Below, piece by piece: positions 33,522 through 34,374 of a DNA stretch of 34,374 nt. The stretch covers positions 1-34,374 of the forward strand of contig RBNJ01000275.1 of NCBI GenBank assembly GCA_003990765.1, written 5' to 3'. The notes beneath the pieces were generated by a model, which saw only the letters and a program-made list of their open reading frames with translations, did not search any database and had not been told where the DNA came from. The translations under genes were made by a program, and so were the position numbers. Each line of letters begins with the position of its first letter. Positions within the stretch are counted from its first letter, which is position 1. This stretch comes from Jimgerdemannia flammicorona (Eukaryota).

Positions 33522-34374
33522 TAAGAATTCTGAGTGCAGAGCAAATTTTGGTATAACAGGGTTTATAAATAAAAAAATAAGAAAAGTAAAGAGTATATAA
33601 TTTTAATACTTTTTATTATCAAATTTCCAATATATATATATATATATATATCAGTTTGCTAATAATTTTAAAAATAGTTAAAATTAAATATATGATTACG
33701 TGTTTATTACAAAATAAATTATATAATAATTGCTGAAAAGGGTTGAAGTAATCTAATGTGTATAAAATGCGAACAAACAATATATTGTCTTTTCTATACT
33801 TGCATCTGTTTTATTATTAGTAGAATTAATTATAAAGCAGCAGAAGGAGAACAAATGTCTGTTAGGACTTGAAGGCCCGTTCGTCAAATGTTGACAAACA
33901 AAAGCGCACAAAATCATATTGAGAAATGAAATGCCAAATGGCGAAACTTTGCAGATTTGTATACAAACTCAGTCGAAGTATGAATAACCTTCTAGGGTGG
34001 TTATACGTATCTCATAGCCGAGGCCCTTTGTGTGACGCTCGTTCATGGCTGGTGTCCAATTGACTCAGGGGAGACAGGAGTGAGTGGTTCATTAGATGTA
34101 ATTAACTAGTCTCTGGAGATACGGAGGTGTGTGTTTTTGGAAGATTTTGGCCTTTTTGGAATGTTTGCTGGGTAGGGTTGTAAGGGTGGGTGGGTTTGGT
34201 TGGATACAGACACGCCCCTAATTAGGACCATGAACCGATGATGCCGCTATAATTTTGAGCGATGACGACAACCCCCGACTCTACAAACACCTCTCTCAAA
34301 CTCTCTTTAGAACATCCCTCTCCACTCCCCCACCCCCTTCCCACCCCCCACCCCCTAATAGACCGCCAACCCCC

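Overview
Eukaryotic, intron-rich, gene-dense fungal genomic DNA (GT-AG introns, CTRAC/CTAAT-type branch points). An early-diverging lineage such as Mucoromycota is my inference from gene style and is not proven. Left to right: a ~14-bp minisatellite abutting an intronless orphan ORF and a CpG-free relic tract; PRP17/CDC40 (-) head-to-head with PAM18 (+); a DUF2015 protein; ETF-ubiquinone oxidoreductase (-); IPI1/TEX10 (+); asparagine synthetase (-); a small Myb-like ORF; a BTB-SPRY gene (-) head-to-head with an RNF181-like RING ligase (+) that the ORF track misses; mitochondrial bL21 (+); caleosin (-); RNA polymerase I subunit RPA135 (-); and an F-box gene (+). The main hidden element is at ~22.9-23.9 kb on the minus strand. 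It appears to be a spliced, non-coding host transcript carrying three intronic box C/D snoRNAs: an snR67/SNORD31-like guide, an orphan C/D RNA and an snR53-like guide. Splice sites and family calls were read by eye, and no database searches were run.
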